Below are positions 1 to 12,059 of a stretch of DNA of 64,000 bases, one piece after another. Within the stretch, counting starts at the first letter, position 1. The number at the start of each line of letters is the position of its first letter. Source of the DNA: Eledone cirrhosa (taxonomy: Eukaryota); assembly GCA_964016885.1 (NCBI GenBank), contig OZ024743.1:245148001-245212000 (forward strand), in the 5' to 3' direction. The notes beneath the pieces are model-generated. The model saw only the letters and a list, made by a program, of their open reading frames with translations. It ran no database searches and was not told where the DNA came from. Made by a program: the position numbers and the translations under genes.

Positions 1-54
1 TACAAAACACAAACACAGATACAAACAAGGACACACACACATGCACACATAATC

Positions 55-207
55 AAGTTTGTACAGTTTCAATCTACCACATTTCTCTCACAATGAACTG
101 ATGAGTTCAAAACTATAGTAGAAAACACTTGACTAAAGTGCCACACAGTAGAACTGAACCCAAAACCATGTGGATGCAAAGTAAACTCTAACCACACAGC
201 CAAACCT
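55..207 (-). mobile_element. Degenerate tRNA-derived SINE
   Basis: Reverse complement reads TGGCTGTGTGGTTAGAG...GGGTTCAGTTC (A/B boxes), then GTCAAGTGTTTTCTACTATAG. Related copies lie near 29790-29930 and 38910-39060. Confidence 0.6.
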
Positions 208-675
208 ACACTTGTGTGTCATAATTAATTACACAATCAAAACAACCAATCAAGCCAGCATAATTAACAGGACATAATAAAAACACATCAACATGTAATT
301 AATCTTAACTGAAATGAATCATTAAATTTAATTACAGCAAAGATTTAATTAAATTGTTGTTTAGCTCTAGGTTAACCCTGGTAGAACAAAGTTATTCCTA
401 GTGTAATTAGAACTACGTTATTCAATGCATCCTTCGCTCTTTTTTCTCCAAATAGTAAGGTGTAATTTGAGGGAGTTTGGCTGCTATTTCTTGTAGGTAA
501 AGCAACCACATAGTGGCAGGGACATTAATATTTTAACAACAAAAATGAATAAATAAATAAGGCATAGATTTAGTATCACAAATAGAATATATAGAGAATG
601 CAGGCATGGAAAACAGACATTAAACGGTGATGATGATGATAACAATGATGTTCACACACACACACACCATGCATA

Positions 676-2900
676 TCATCATCATCATCATCATCAACGT
701 TTAACGTCCGTGTTCCACGCTTGCATGGGTTTGGACGGGGGTAGTCCCACTTGAGGCAAGAGTGATTGTCTTGCTCGCATAGGACTGTCTGGCAGGTTTT
801 CTACAGTTGGATGCCCTTCCTAACACCAACCACATTTATAGTGTGGGTCTGGGAGGTTTTTACCGTGTTGCCTACACGGCCACATTACAGCGTGGACTGT
901 GTGTTTTTTTGTCGTGACACCTACACGATCTCATTTGTTTCGGCCTCGATGGCGCGGCACCAACATAACTTTACATAGAACGGGGTGGTGTGGATCGGGT
1001 GGGGGGGGGTGGGACGGGGTGTATTTTGTTAGAGATGCCTACTGGCTGGAGTAGGTTTTACTATATATTTAGGTAAGGCGGGTCTTCTCTGTTACTGAGT
1101 ACCGCCAAAGGTCTCGGTCCAGTGACATTGTCTTGGAGAGGTGTAAGTGTGTGATGTCGGAGTTTATCAGCTCGTCCCAGGTTTTTCTAGGTCTGCCTAT
1201 TCCGTGGCTACCGTGTATCTTTATTGCCCTGCACTTTGTTATACAGCTATCGACTTTCATGCGCATCACGTGTCCATACCAACGTAGCCTTCTCTCGAGT
1301 AAACAACATCTGATCCCTCTTATCTCTAATTTATTCCTTAGTTCGTTTATGCTTTGCCGTTCACGTATATTACTGTTACACATCCAGCGGAGCATGCAAG
1401 CTTCGTTCCTCTCTAGTCTGCGTATATCCTCTGCACACAATGCCCAGGTCTCACTGCCATGCAGCATTGCTGTTCGTATGCAGGCATCGTACAACCTGCC
1501 TTTCATTTTTAGTGAGAACCCTTTAGCAGCTAATAGTGGTATAAGCTCTCTGAACTTTTTCCAACCAGTTCTGACTCTAGCTACAGTACTTTCAGAGCAC
1601 CCTCCCCCACTGCTGATTTTATCGCCCAGGTAACGGAAGCTGTCCACTATTTCTATAGAACCCTCTGCGCAATTGAAAGAGCTAGTAGTTTGTGGGCACT
1701 TGCTGCTACTTATTGCACCAGAGCACCGGCCACATGTAAAATCTATGTTCTTAGTTAGCCTACCTGTGATCCCACTACATCTTTTATGCACCCATACTTT
1801 GCATTTAGGACATAAAATGGAGTTTCTACCTACGCCTTTCCTACACACCGAGCACGACCATTTCCCAGAAGGGACCGCCGCCTTGTTTTCTTTCCTACAA
1901 ACTAGTACTTTGGTCTTAGCCAGGTTAATTTTAAGTCCTTTTGACTCTAGGCCGTGCTTCCATGTTTGGAATTTCTTCTCTAGCTCGGCCATTGATTCCG
2001 CTATGAGTGTCAGGTCGTCTGCGTATAGGAGTTCCCATGGGCAGCCTGTCTTGAACTCCTCTGTTATGGCCTGAAGGGCAATAATAAATAGTAGTGGACT
2101 GAGAACAGAGCCCTGATGGACGCCGACTTTTACGCTAAACTCTTCACTATATTCGTTGTTAATTCTAACCTTGCTGACTGTTTCTTTATACATGGCTTGT
2201 ATAGCCCTCACAAGCCATTCGTCAACGCCTAGTTTTCTAAGAGCCCACCAGATAATGGAGCGGGGGACTCTGTCGAAGGCTTTCTCCAAGTCGACAAAAG
2301 CTAAGTAGAGGGGTTTACCTTTAGCTAGGTACTTCTCTTGTAGTTGTCGTACTATGAAAAGAGCGTCTGTGGTACTTTTGCCTGACACAAACCCGAACTG
2401 CATTTCATCTAGGTCAATTCTCTCTCTGATTAGTTGCGCTATTACTCTTTCCGTGACCTTCATGACCTGGTCGATTAATTTAATGCCTCTATAGTTACTC
2501 CTATCTAGGGCGTCTCCTTTACCCTTATAACAGTTAACGATGATGCTGCTATGCCAGTCCTTCGGAACAACCCCGTTCTGTACGACTTGGTTAACTATGC
2601 GGGTGACCATGGTGTGTCCCACCGTGCCAGATGCCTTCAGCATCTCAGCAACTATTTCCGAAGGCCCAGCCGCCTTACCAGTCTTCATATCCTTGATTGC
2701 CTTACTTATTATACTCCCCTCGACTAACACTGCTGGTCCCTCTATTGGGTCGATATGGGGGAGACTGCCTTTCTCCCAATTATTCTCCTCATTTAGAAGC
2801 CTTTCATAGTGACACTTCCAAGCTACCTTCTTATCAGCGTCGGTGATGGCAAGTGTGCCATCGTCGTTTAGTACACACTTCTCCCCGACAATATCACGGT
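676..2900 (-). mobile_element. RTE LINE lineage A, 5'-truncated, with open RT ORF (1069-~2900), long 3'UTR and (TGA)n tail
   Basis: RT motifs SNYRGIKL, AFVDLEKAFD, GVHQGSVLSP and LYADD; RTE C-terminus RRLRWYGHV and GRPRKTW. No endonuclease domain. (CAT)n tail on the plus strand at ~676-696. Confidence 0.95.
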
Positions 2901-3035
2901 TTTGTATATGTATATTTATAGTATGGCAGTGTTGGTGCCACAATACAATGTAAGTTCCAGCCATAGACACCATACCAAATATGAAATGTAAGAGACAAGA
3001 TGTGGTTCCTCAACAAGTCTTGTCTCAACATGGAA

Positions 3036-3345
3036 ATCATCATCATCACTGTTTAACATCCATTTTCTATGCTAGTATGAGTTAAATGTGTTGTCCTATT
3101 TGAGGCATGTCCAAGTCAGATGACTGTGTCTTGCTCATACAGAACTGTTCTGGCTTGGTTTCTACAACTGGATGCCCTTCCTAATGCTAACCATATTTAC
3201 AGTGAGTAGTGGGTGCTTTTTGTTGTGACACCTGCACCACCACTTTACAGTGTGGACTGGGTGCTTTTTATTGTGACACCTATATGACCACTTTACAGTG
3301 TGGGCTGGGTGCTTTTTGTTGTGACACCTACACAACCACTTGTGT
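3036..3345 (-). mobile_element. Non-autonomous bipartite RTE-derived element with ~47-bp tandem units
   Basis: (CAT)n tail, CTGGATGCCCTTCCTAA module and three copies of TTTACAGTG...GGGTGCTTTT...GTGACACC. Confidence 0.65.
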
Positions 3346-4058
3346 GTAATGATATATTACACACATATACTTAGAGTTAACTAAAGAGAATTAAAATTGC
3401 CAATGAATATATTTAAGCTCAATGTGTTTATGTCATTATAGATAGAAATATAGAAGGGATATAGAGTAGGAAAAAAAGTAACATATATACCACAGAGCAT
3501 ATACAACAAATTCAGTTGATCGATTAGATTTCTTAAATCATTTATTACCTTACAATTGTTTCAATGCAGTAGTCAAATCATACTAATGCCAGGACAATAA
3601 AATAAAATGGAAAAACATATATACTGAACATAGCTAAGTATCAGTGGTTGCAGTATATCTTCAGAGATATTATAACCAATGATCTGATAAAAGCAAGCCC
3701 AAAGGGAAAAGGAATTAGGTACATCAATTGAAGGCTACATTTAAAAAAATCTAAGAAATCTATTCCATCATCTGGATTTATTATCTCACCAGAGCAAGGT
3801 GCCTTGCCAGACTTGCCTCCCAGCATGGACGACCTGTCTAACCCATGCAAACATGGAAAAATGGATACTAAGCAGTGATGATAATGATGATGATATATAT
3901 AAATTTTTGTGGGAACACAAGGTACAATTCATCATAGTGACTGAACAGTTTCATACACATCAATTCTCCACAGATGAAACTGGTCAATTACTGCAAGGAA
4001 TTGCATCTTAAATCTCCACAAAAAATTATATACATCTACACATATACTCAGAGCTCTT

Positions 4059-4422
4059 TCATCATCATCATCATCATTTCATTTTACGTCCACTTTTCCC
4101 TGCTTGCAAGGGTGGGATGGGAACTGATTCTGGCTTGATTTCTACAGCTGGATGCCCTTCCTAACACCAACCTCATTTACAGTGAGTGTTGGGTGCTTTT
4201 TTGCTGTGGCACCTCCACGACCATTTTGCAGTCGAATGATAGGGACCCCAGTCGAATGATAGGGACCCCAGTCCTATCATCTCATTTCTACAGCTGAGTA
4301 AATTGGAGCAATGTGAAATAAAGTGTCTTGCTCAAGGAAACAACACATCACCCAGTCTGAGAATTGAACTCACAACCTTTCTATTGCAAGGCCAATGCTC
4401 TAACCACTAAGCCATGTGCCTC
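4059..4422 (-). mobile_element. tRNA/CORE-like SINE with RTE-derived body and tail
   Basis: Near-identical reverse complement of the SINEs at 18010-18346 and 46547-46889. It has a short internal tandem duplication of CAGTCGAATGATAGGGACCC. Confidence 0.9.
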
Positions 4423-4444
4423 TTTATACATATATATACAAATT

Positions 4445-5112
4445 GGAAAGAAATGAAGCTGGCATGCTTCAATGGATGTGTAAATGAACTGGGCATAAGA
4501 GGGATCAGATGCAGTGAGCAGGAGAGGAGATTGCGTTGGTATGGACATATGATGTGTATGAAGGATGACAGCTGTATAAAAAGTTGCAGGGCACTCAAAG
4601 TTGATGGACATTATGGAGAAGCAAGACCTAGGAAGACTTGGCATGAGGGGATAAAAGCTGACCTTGCACAATTATACCTCTCGAGATCTCTAGCGTTATG
4701 CAGTAATACAAAAGGCCCACTTTTCCATGTGCATAGGTTGAAGCATACATCTAGTATGCACTACTCTCTCTTACCTCCTCCTTTTATACCCCGTCCTAAC
4801 ACTCCTCACTTGATCCACCCCTCACCTCATAAGTGCCCCAACCTTGATCTACCTCTCCAATCCCCATGCACCTCCTCCACCCTAGTCTACACTATAAATT
4901 GGTTGTTTCTGGTGTCACGACAAAAAGCACCCAGTCCACTCTGTAAATGTGGTTGGCATTAGGAAGAGCATTCAGCTGTAGCAACCAAGCCAAAATCAGT
5001 CCAGTATAAACAAGACATGGTCACCTGATCTGGCTTGGCTCACAACAGGACACCTTGCCTAACCCATGCTAGCATGGAAAAATGGATGTTAAACGGTGAT
5101 GATGATAATGAT
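4445..5112 (+). mobile_element. RTE lineage A-type 3' fragment with C-rich spacer and bipartite 3' module
   Basis: Translates to RRLRWYGHMMCMKDDSCIKSCR...RPRKTW, followed by a C-rich stretch, the GGTGTCACG...GGCATTAGGAAG module and a TGATGATG tail. Confidence 0.8.
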
Positions 5113-5177
5113 AAATATATATATATATATAACTCATACTATCATGGAAAAATGGACGTTAAATGATGATATATATA

Positions 5178-6090
5178 TATCATTTTACATCCGCTTTTCC
5201 CTGCTTGCAAGGGTGGGACGGGTCCTATTCAGCACAGCATCTCTCCACTTGTCACGGTCCTTCGTCATCTCCACCGTGAGCTTCAGCGATCTGAGGTCTG
5301 CTCTCACCACCTCCGCCCATGTTTTTCGTGGTCTTCCTCTACTACATCTTCCTTCAACTGGCATTTCTTGGCACTTCTTCACCCATCGGTCATCCTCCAT
5401 GCGCATCACATGTCCTTACCATCGTAGTCTCCTCTCCTGCACACTACAATTTATCCCTCTCACACAGTTTCTCGTTCAACACATCTATGCTTGGTCGTTC
5501 ATGCACATTGACACTGCACATCCAACGGAGCATGCTTGCCTCATTTCTCTCCAGCCGCCGCATATCCTCTGCAGTTGCTGCCCATGTCTCACTACCATGC
5601 AGCATCGCGCACCTCACACAGGCATCATATAACCGGCCTTTCGTACGCAGGAAGAAACCCTTCTTCGTCAGCAGAGGAATCAGCTCCCTAAACTTCTTCC
5701 AACCCGTCCTTATTCTAGATACTATGGCCTTGGAACACCCCCCTCCCATGCTAATCTTATCACCTAGGTACTGGAAGCTATCAACCACTTCTATAGAACT
5801 CACTTGCATTTGAAAAATGTGTCTATCAATGCGACTTCTACTGTCAAATTTCCCTGTACATCTACTGCATATGTATTTCTCCCTACCTGTTAGTTTGCCT
5901 GTTATCCCACTACATCTCTTGTGTACATTTTATAGAATTTATGCCAGTTCCTTTTCTGCATACCGAACATGGCTATTTTCCTGACAGAGTTTTGTCCTCT
6001 TTTCTACTCATCAACACTTTTGTCTTAGCTAGGTTCACTTTTAATTCCAACTGCTGTTTCCATAACCAGAATTTATTCTCTAGCTCCTCT
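5178..6090 (-). mobile_element. RTE lineage B, 5'-truncated decayed copy
   Basis: Minus-strand ORF pieces VVDSFQYLGD...AMLHGSETW and GRPRKTWAEVVR closely match 14330-15250. Confidence 0.92.
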
Positions 6091-6758
6091 ATATATAAAA
6101 CCCATACCAGCATGGAAAAATGGACGTTAAACGGTGATGATGATGATGACAAATATATATATAAATGGTGATCATGATGATGATATATATATATATATAT
6201 ACAAACACGTGCACATGCATACGCCATTTGTAATTCAGTTTTTTAAAGAGGTACACCATTTCTCTGAATATCATAAGAGGCAACAAAAAGGGTTAATGTC
6301 AGGAAGGGTATCAAGCTGTAAAACAATATCTCATACCATCCCATCCAAACCCATGCCAGCATGGAAAAGTGGATGTAAAAACGATGACGATCATGATGAT
6401 ATATATATATATTAGCTGTAAAATACCCGGCCAAATTTACAGTCCTCGCCAGATCAAGGTGCATCATGGCCAATTCTGGCCAGACTTGCCTCCCGGCATG
6501 GACAACCCATCTAACCCATGCAAGCAGAGGAAAATGGATGCGAAACAGTGATGATGATGGTGATGATATATACTGACTATCTGAGAGCTCAGTAGCTCAG
6601 CTTGAGCACTGACTCAGTCTGTGAAGATCAGTCCAGTCCTTGAAACCTTGCTAACAGGGAAGATGGACATTCAATGATGATGATGATGATGATTTTATAC
6701 ATATATATATACACACATACACTCACACATACTTTCACTTAATTAGAGTACAACATAC

Positions 6759-6890
6759 CTTTGATAAGTAACTGTGTAGACTGAAGACAATTTTTGGATG
6801 CCATAATGTGCAGAGGGGTATTCTGGTACATATCACACTTGTTGCTGTCCCAGCCTCTATCTAACAAGTGTTCTAAGATCTCTTTGTAAT
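6759..6890 (-). CDS. Ankyrin-repeat protein, 132-nt exon (DYKEILEHLLDRGWDSNKCDMYQNTPLHIMASKNCLQSTQLLIK); no stop reached
   Basis: Absent from the ORF track and translated by hand. Acceptor ATCCAG and donor GTATGT; phase 1/1 matches the upstream exon; NTPLH ankyrin motif. No downstream exon was found in the window. Confidence 0.88.
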
Positions 6891-7062
6891 CTGGATCCAA
6901 TAATAAAGATGTATGCCATGAGTGTTCATTGAGATAGAAAATTAGGAAAGCAACTTTAATAATTTTGTAATTAGAAGAAAGATATGGCCCAAGAATATGA
7001 ATAATTATTATGATAAATAAACAAATATTTTAAATGTTGTATGTCTGCCATGGTATAGCATC

Positions 7063-7460
7063 TTAACATCCTGCATCACATAAAACCGTTTTAGCAAAAC
7101 ATTCTTGAAAAGTACAAAACAGCACTGGCTGCATAACATTAAGAAATAATGTCTTTATTCAAATATTGCAAATGTTCACAATGATCCATCCACAAGCGAA
7201 GATAAAATAAACATTTGAATTAACAAACCCTTTTAAAGATTTTTCTGCTCAATCATTATAGGAGGTTAACAGTTAATTAACAACCTTATATATTCAACAT
7301 TAAGAAAATATGACTGCATCACATTAAAAATTAAAGTCTTTACACTAATACTGCAAATATTCACAACATTCTGTCCACTCCACTAGTAAAGATATTATAA
7401 ATATTTGAATTAACAAACCTCGTTTTAGATATTTACTATTTAATCCTAACAGAATGTTAA
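7063..7460. mobile_element. Two tandem degenerate TTAA-bounded MITEs (piggyBac-like), same family as 24256-24466
   Basis: TTAACATCCT...G(A)TGTTAA-type ends; the internal sequence matches the reverse complement of 24256-24466. Confidence 0.5.
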
Positions 7461-7878
7461 TAGTTAAAAGAATCAGTGTTGGAGAAGTTGACATCAAAGG
7501 ACAGTTGGTGGATTTTAAATGCCTTATGTGACTATGTTTAGGCTCGTGTAGAAATGGCAACAGGGCTAGGTCTGATGTAAAATGTAGACCCCTGCCAAAG
7601 TTGGTAATAGGCACAGGCTAAATGTAAAATATAGCTCCCACCACAAAAACTCATAATAGGCTCAGACCAGTTGTGACTGGTACTTTATTTTATTGACCCC
7701 AAAAGGATGAAAACCTAAGTTGACCAGAGTGGAATTTGAGCTCAGAATGTAAATAAAGTCCTTCTTTTATAGTTGCTTCATAAACATGTAGTCCACAAGG
7801 CTAACTCTTGCTTTAACAGGGATGATGGCCTTATAACTCTTGTTGTTGTTGTTTCAATAGTTACAATGTAATATAAAC

Positions 7879-7957
7879 CTTTTATAGCTGCTTCATATAC
7901 TGGAGTGACCCCATATTTGTTTGAAACATCTTTCCGACAACCAGCATCAGAGAGAAT
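7879..7957 (-). CDS. Ankyrin-repeat protein, 79-nt exon (ILSDAGCRKDVSNKYGVTPVYEAAIK)
   Basis: Completes the ankyrin repeat begun in the previous exon (GLFDIVK|ILSDAG). Acceptor TTTTTTCAG and donor GTTTAT; phase 0/1. Confidence 0.88.
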
Positions 7958-10900
7958 CTGAAAAAAATAGGAAGAAAAATGTTGTAATTGAAATTCTATC
8001 CAAAAAGAAAGGCAAATATTAACTCTTTGATAATAGACATAATCTATCAACCTGTTTGTGGTGTTGGTGAGCAAGAGACCTTGCCAGAAGCACATGGCTC
8101 AGTGACATCACTGGATCCTTTGCAAGAAGGATGGGAGCCAAGTGACATCACATAAGTGGAATGACTAACAATGTAGGCTGTCTGGAAAATTGGATGTGTC
8201 TGTGGTTTGAGCTCAGGCATAAGTCCTAGGCTTTTCTAACCAGAGTTTAGGTAGGTAGGACTCTTGCAGATATATCCCATCTGGACAAGATCGACAATAG
8301 GAAAGGACCAATGAGGTAAATGAGGTTATGCTTTTCCCTTACAAATTTGTTTAATACTATTACCTGGCTTTGTTGCAAGTGTTTGTTTCAATATTCTGAT
8401 GAATATGATTTGTGATTTCTTCTTCCATTTTCCCCTCTAATCTTAAGGCCCTAAAATAAAGTCGTCGTGGTTACTGCTCTCCATCCTCTGACGTCATAGT
8501 GACCATCATCATCACTGTCGTCTTCATCATCATAATGATCATTTTACATTTGCTTTCCACACTGATTCACCTTCAACCCTCTACAGGTTGTTAGCCATTT
8601 CCAAGACATCAGAACCCATTCTAGACATGTCTTCATTGCAGTTATAAAAGACATGGCACTCCTCAAGTGATTTGATGCTAGTTGGCTGTAAGTTTGTAAG
8701 TTTGCAAAATCAACAGAAGGTGAGAGAAAAATAAAAAAAAAAAAGAGGAGTATAAGAAAAAAGGATAAAGAATAATAGAAGAATTATGGGAAAATAAAAG
8801 GAGAGGAGAACAGGAGTTAAGCAGGAATATATAGGTCGGGTGGAGAAGGATTTCTATGAAAGATGATGAGAAGAGTGAGTAAGATATGTTATAGTAGAAT
8901 CATATCAAGCACTACTATTAAGGCAAGTTGGCAGCTTCCTAAGGTGCAAAACTCACAGATGCATTATTGAACCATAAATTATGACAAAGGACTATAGTTT
9001 TATACAAATTCCTACAATGTACTTCAATATATAAGAGTTTGTTGTGATCAATAAATAAATTACATAAATATGGTGCTATGACCTGTCAAATGATTTGGCA
9101 TGGATGAGTGTCGACTGTGTAGTGGAAAATGCAGGCTTAGTAATTTTCTTAGTGTGGTCAGAGCAATAAATGTCAAAAATTTGGTTTGTCAACTTGCCAG
9201 AATGTAAGTTGAAATAATTTAATTTAGGGGGGATTGAACACATAACTGGGAAAAGGAGGCTCTCATTATAAAGCTAGCTTAGGTTGCTAAATACTGAGTA
9301 GGATTCAGTATGAGATAAAGTGAAATATTGGGAATGTGGGTGCAAAAAATGAACTAATATGTGATTAGTGATAACATGGCTAGAGGTTAACAAACTAAGT
9401 TAACAAGTGTAGTACAAGATTTTAGAATTCTCTCTTTAAATTATATGCTGCCCTCTTAAGCCCTCTTCTAGACTCTTCTCATCCATCACAGACAGCTAAG
9501 CAGATAATTGAAACCATTCTCTTAGGGGTGTCTCTCCACATCCACTACACATAAACCAATTTATCTATTATCACACAAACAAATATAGGTTACATTGTTC
9601 TGTTTAACAGTCAAAGAGATCATCATCATCATGTTCCTGTAACGTTTTAGGAGTCAGCAATCATTTATAGTTAATTCATAAAATTCATCCCATATCCAGA
9701 CATGACTAAAAATATGTATTGATTGTTCCTATTATTAATTTCAATAATCCATTGAGTTCCATGTTAACAATCATTGAAGAAAGCCATAGCAAGACAGACA
9801 TATTGACAAAACTGAATCAGCAGACTGAATGTAAACCATGTTTAGACATAGAACATTAAAATAATGATGAATGATGATGAACATTAAACATGTTCCAATG
9901 AAGAAGGTCAATATTCACAGACATCTTATCCCCAGAGCAGAAACAATTCTCATGAGACACAGAACACTCTCAAATCAGTTAATGAGTCAGTTAATTGCAT
10001 TATATAAGGCGGCAAATTGACAATTGGCAGAGTCATTAGAGCATTGGACAGAGCACTTTGTGGCATTCAGTCTGACTCTCTGAGTTCAAATCCTGCCGGG
10101 ATCAACTTTGCTTTTCATCCTTTTGAGGTTGATAAATAAAGTATCAGTCTAGTACTGGGGTCAATTCTTCCTCTATATCTCTTTCTCACTTCCTCTCTAT
10201 CACTTTCTATCCTTCTCTGGAAGAAATCTGCTGTACCCAGGCCTGGAAAGAGTTGACCTCCACCAGACTTAAAATGCGCAAGTAACACTGTATGCCAATA
10301 CGACTCCATCAGGAATTATGGGCCCATACCATACATGATTGCATTATACGATGTACAACAAAACTTGTTGAGATTCAATGTACTTTTATTCTTTTAAACC
10401 TTTACTGATTTCAGTCATTAGAATCTGGCTATGTTTGAACACCACTCTAAAAAGATTTAATCAATGATATTGACACATATATACATATTTATATATATCA
10501 TCATCATCATCATTTAATGTTTGCTTTCCCTGCTAACAAGTGTTGGACGGCTCAACAAAGACCAAGTCAATACTGAAGAGGTGCTACTGACTTCCCAGAC
10601 AGAACAAGGGGTCTGTATCCTGCTTACATACGATCATATCTAGTGCAGAGAAGTTGTCATGTCTTTTAACACAAACTGAAGGGTCCTTCTAACCTCTTGT
10701 TTGGCAAGCCTTCTAAGGTTGGATGCCCTTCCTAACACCAACCACTTTATAGCATGTACTGGGTGCTTTTAGTGTGTAGATCACCAGCATTAGGGATGCT
10801 GTCATGGCCTTGACACAACTAAAGGAGTCCTCCCAACCCTTTGTTTGGTAAGCTTTCTACGGATACCCTTCCTATCACCAACCACTTTATAGTGTGTACT

Positions 10901-11139
10901 CAGTGCATTTATATATATATACATCATCACCATCATCATTTATTATACTTATATAGAATTATCATTTTTATGCTGTTTCTATGCTGGTATAGGTTTGACA
11001 GGATTTTGAGGGAATGTCTTATAGTCAGATGCCCTTCCTGACAGTAGCTCTTTCTATCACTTTTACAACATTCTATCTATTCAGGGATACAGAGTACCTA
11101 TTCTAAACTGGATACACATGATTATATATATATATAGGT

Positions 11140-11710
11140 ATCACCGCCATCAACACCATCACTAACACCATCCACCACCACCACCATCGCCATCACTGAC
11201 ACCATCCACAACCTTCACCACCACTACTACTACCACCATCACTAGCACCATCCACCACCAGTCACCATCCACCACCATCACTGACATCATCCACCACTTC
11301 CACCACTACCACCACCACCATCACTGACACTATCCACCACCATCACTGACACTATCCACCACCATCACTGACAACATCCACCACCATCACCATGACTGAC
11401 AACATCCACCACCACCATGACTGACACCATCCACCACCACCATGACTGACACCATCCACCACCACCATCACTGACACCATCCACCACCACCATCACTGAC
11501 ACCATCCACCACCACCATCACTGACACCATCCACCACCACCATCACTGACACTATCCACCACCATCACTGACACCATCCACCACCACCATCACTGACACT
11601 ATCCACCACCATCACTGACACCATCCACCACCATCACTGACACTATCCACCACCATCACTGACACCATCCACCACCATCACTGACACCATCCACCACCAT
11701 TCACCACCAG
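11140..11710. repeat. (CAC/CAT)-derived minisatellite with a 22-25 bp unit (CACCATCACTGACACCATCCAC)
   Basis: Tandem copies visible directly; regular from ~11310 to 11700. Confidence 0.95.
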
Positions 11711-11869
11711 CGTAAAGCAAACAATTATTATTATTATTATTATTATTATATAATGTCTACTTTATGTGAACCCTTGTGGTTAATAAAGAAAACATTATAT
11801 AAAAACTGAACTGGACTGGGAAAAGTCAACAGTTGACATGATTTTGATTTTGTATCAGTACTGTCGGTA

Positions 11870-11905
<36 letters not shown>

Positions 11906-12059
11906 ATGTGAGTGGTGTGTGTGTTTGTATGCATGAGTGTTGGTGTGTGAGTGACGTGTGTGTTTGTAGTTTGTATGCATGAGTGTTGGTATGTTAGTGT
12001 GTGTGTGTGCGTAAGTGTTTTTTTTTTGTTTTTTTTTATGACCATGCTGTAAAATGGAG

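Noticed and set aside
1133-2809. Plus-strand ORFs overlapping the RTE (also antisense ORFs at 5096-5813, 14677-15283 and 35440-35989)
   Set aside because: They are antisense shadows of LINE coding sequence.
2901-2973. N-terminus MVSMAGTYIV... of the 634-aa ORF as a real start
   Set aside because: RTE homology begins only at about NRDIVGEKC; the upstream part is flanking DNA that happens to be in frame.
8900-9545. Possible very old LINE endonuclease fragment on the minus strand
   Set aside because: Only faint similarity by eye; too degraded to call without an alignment.
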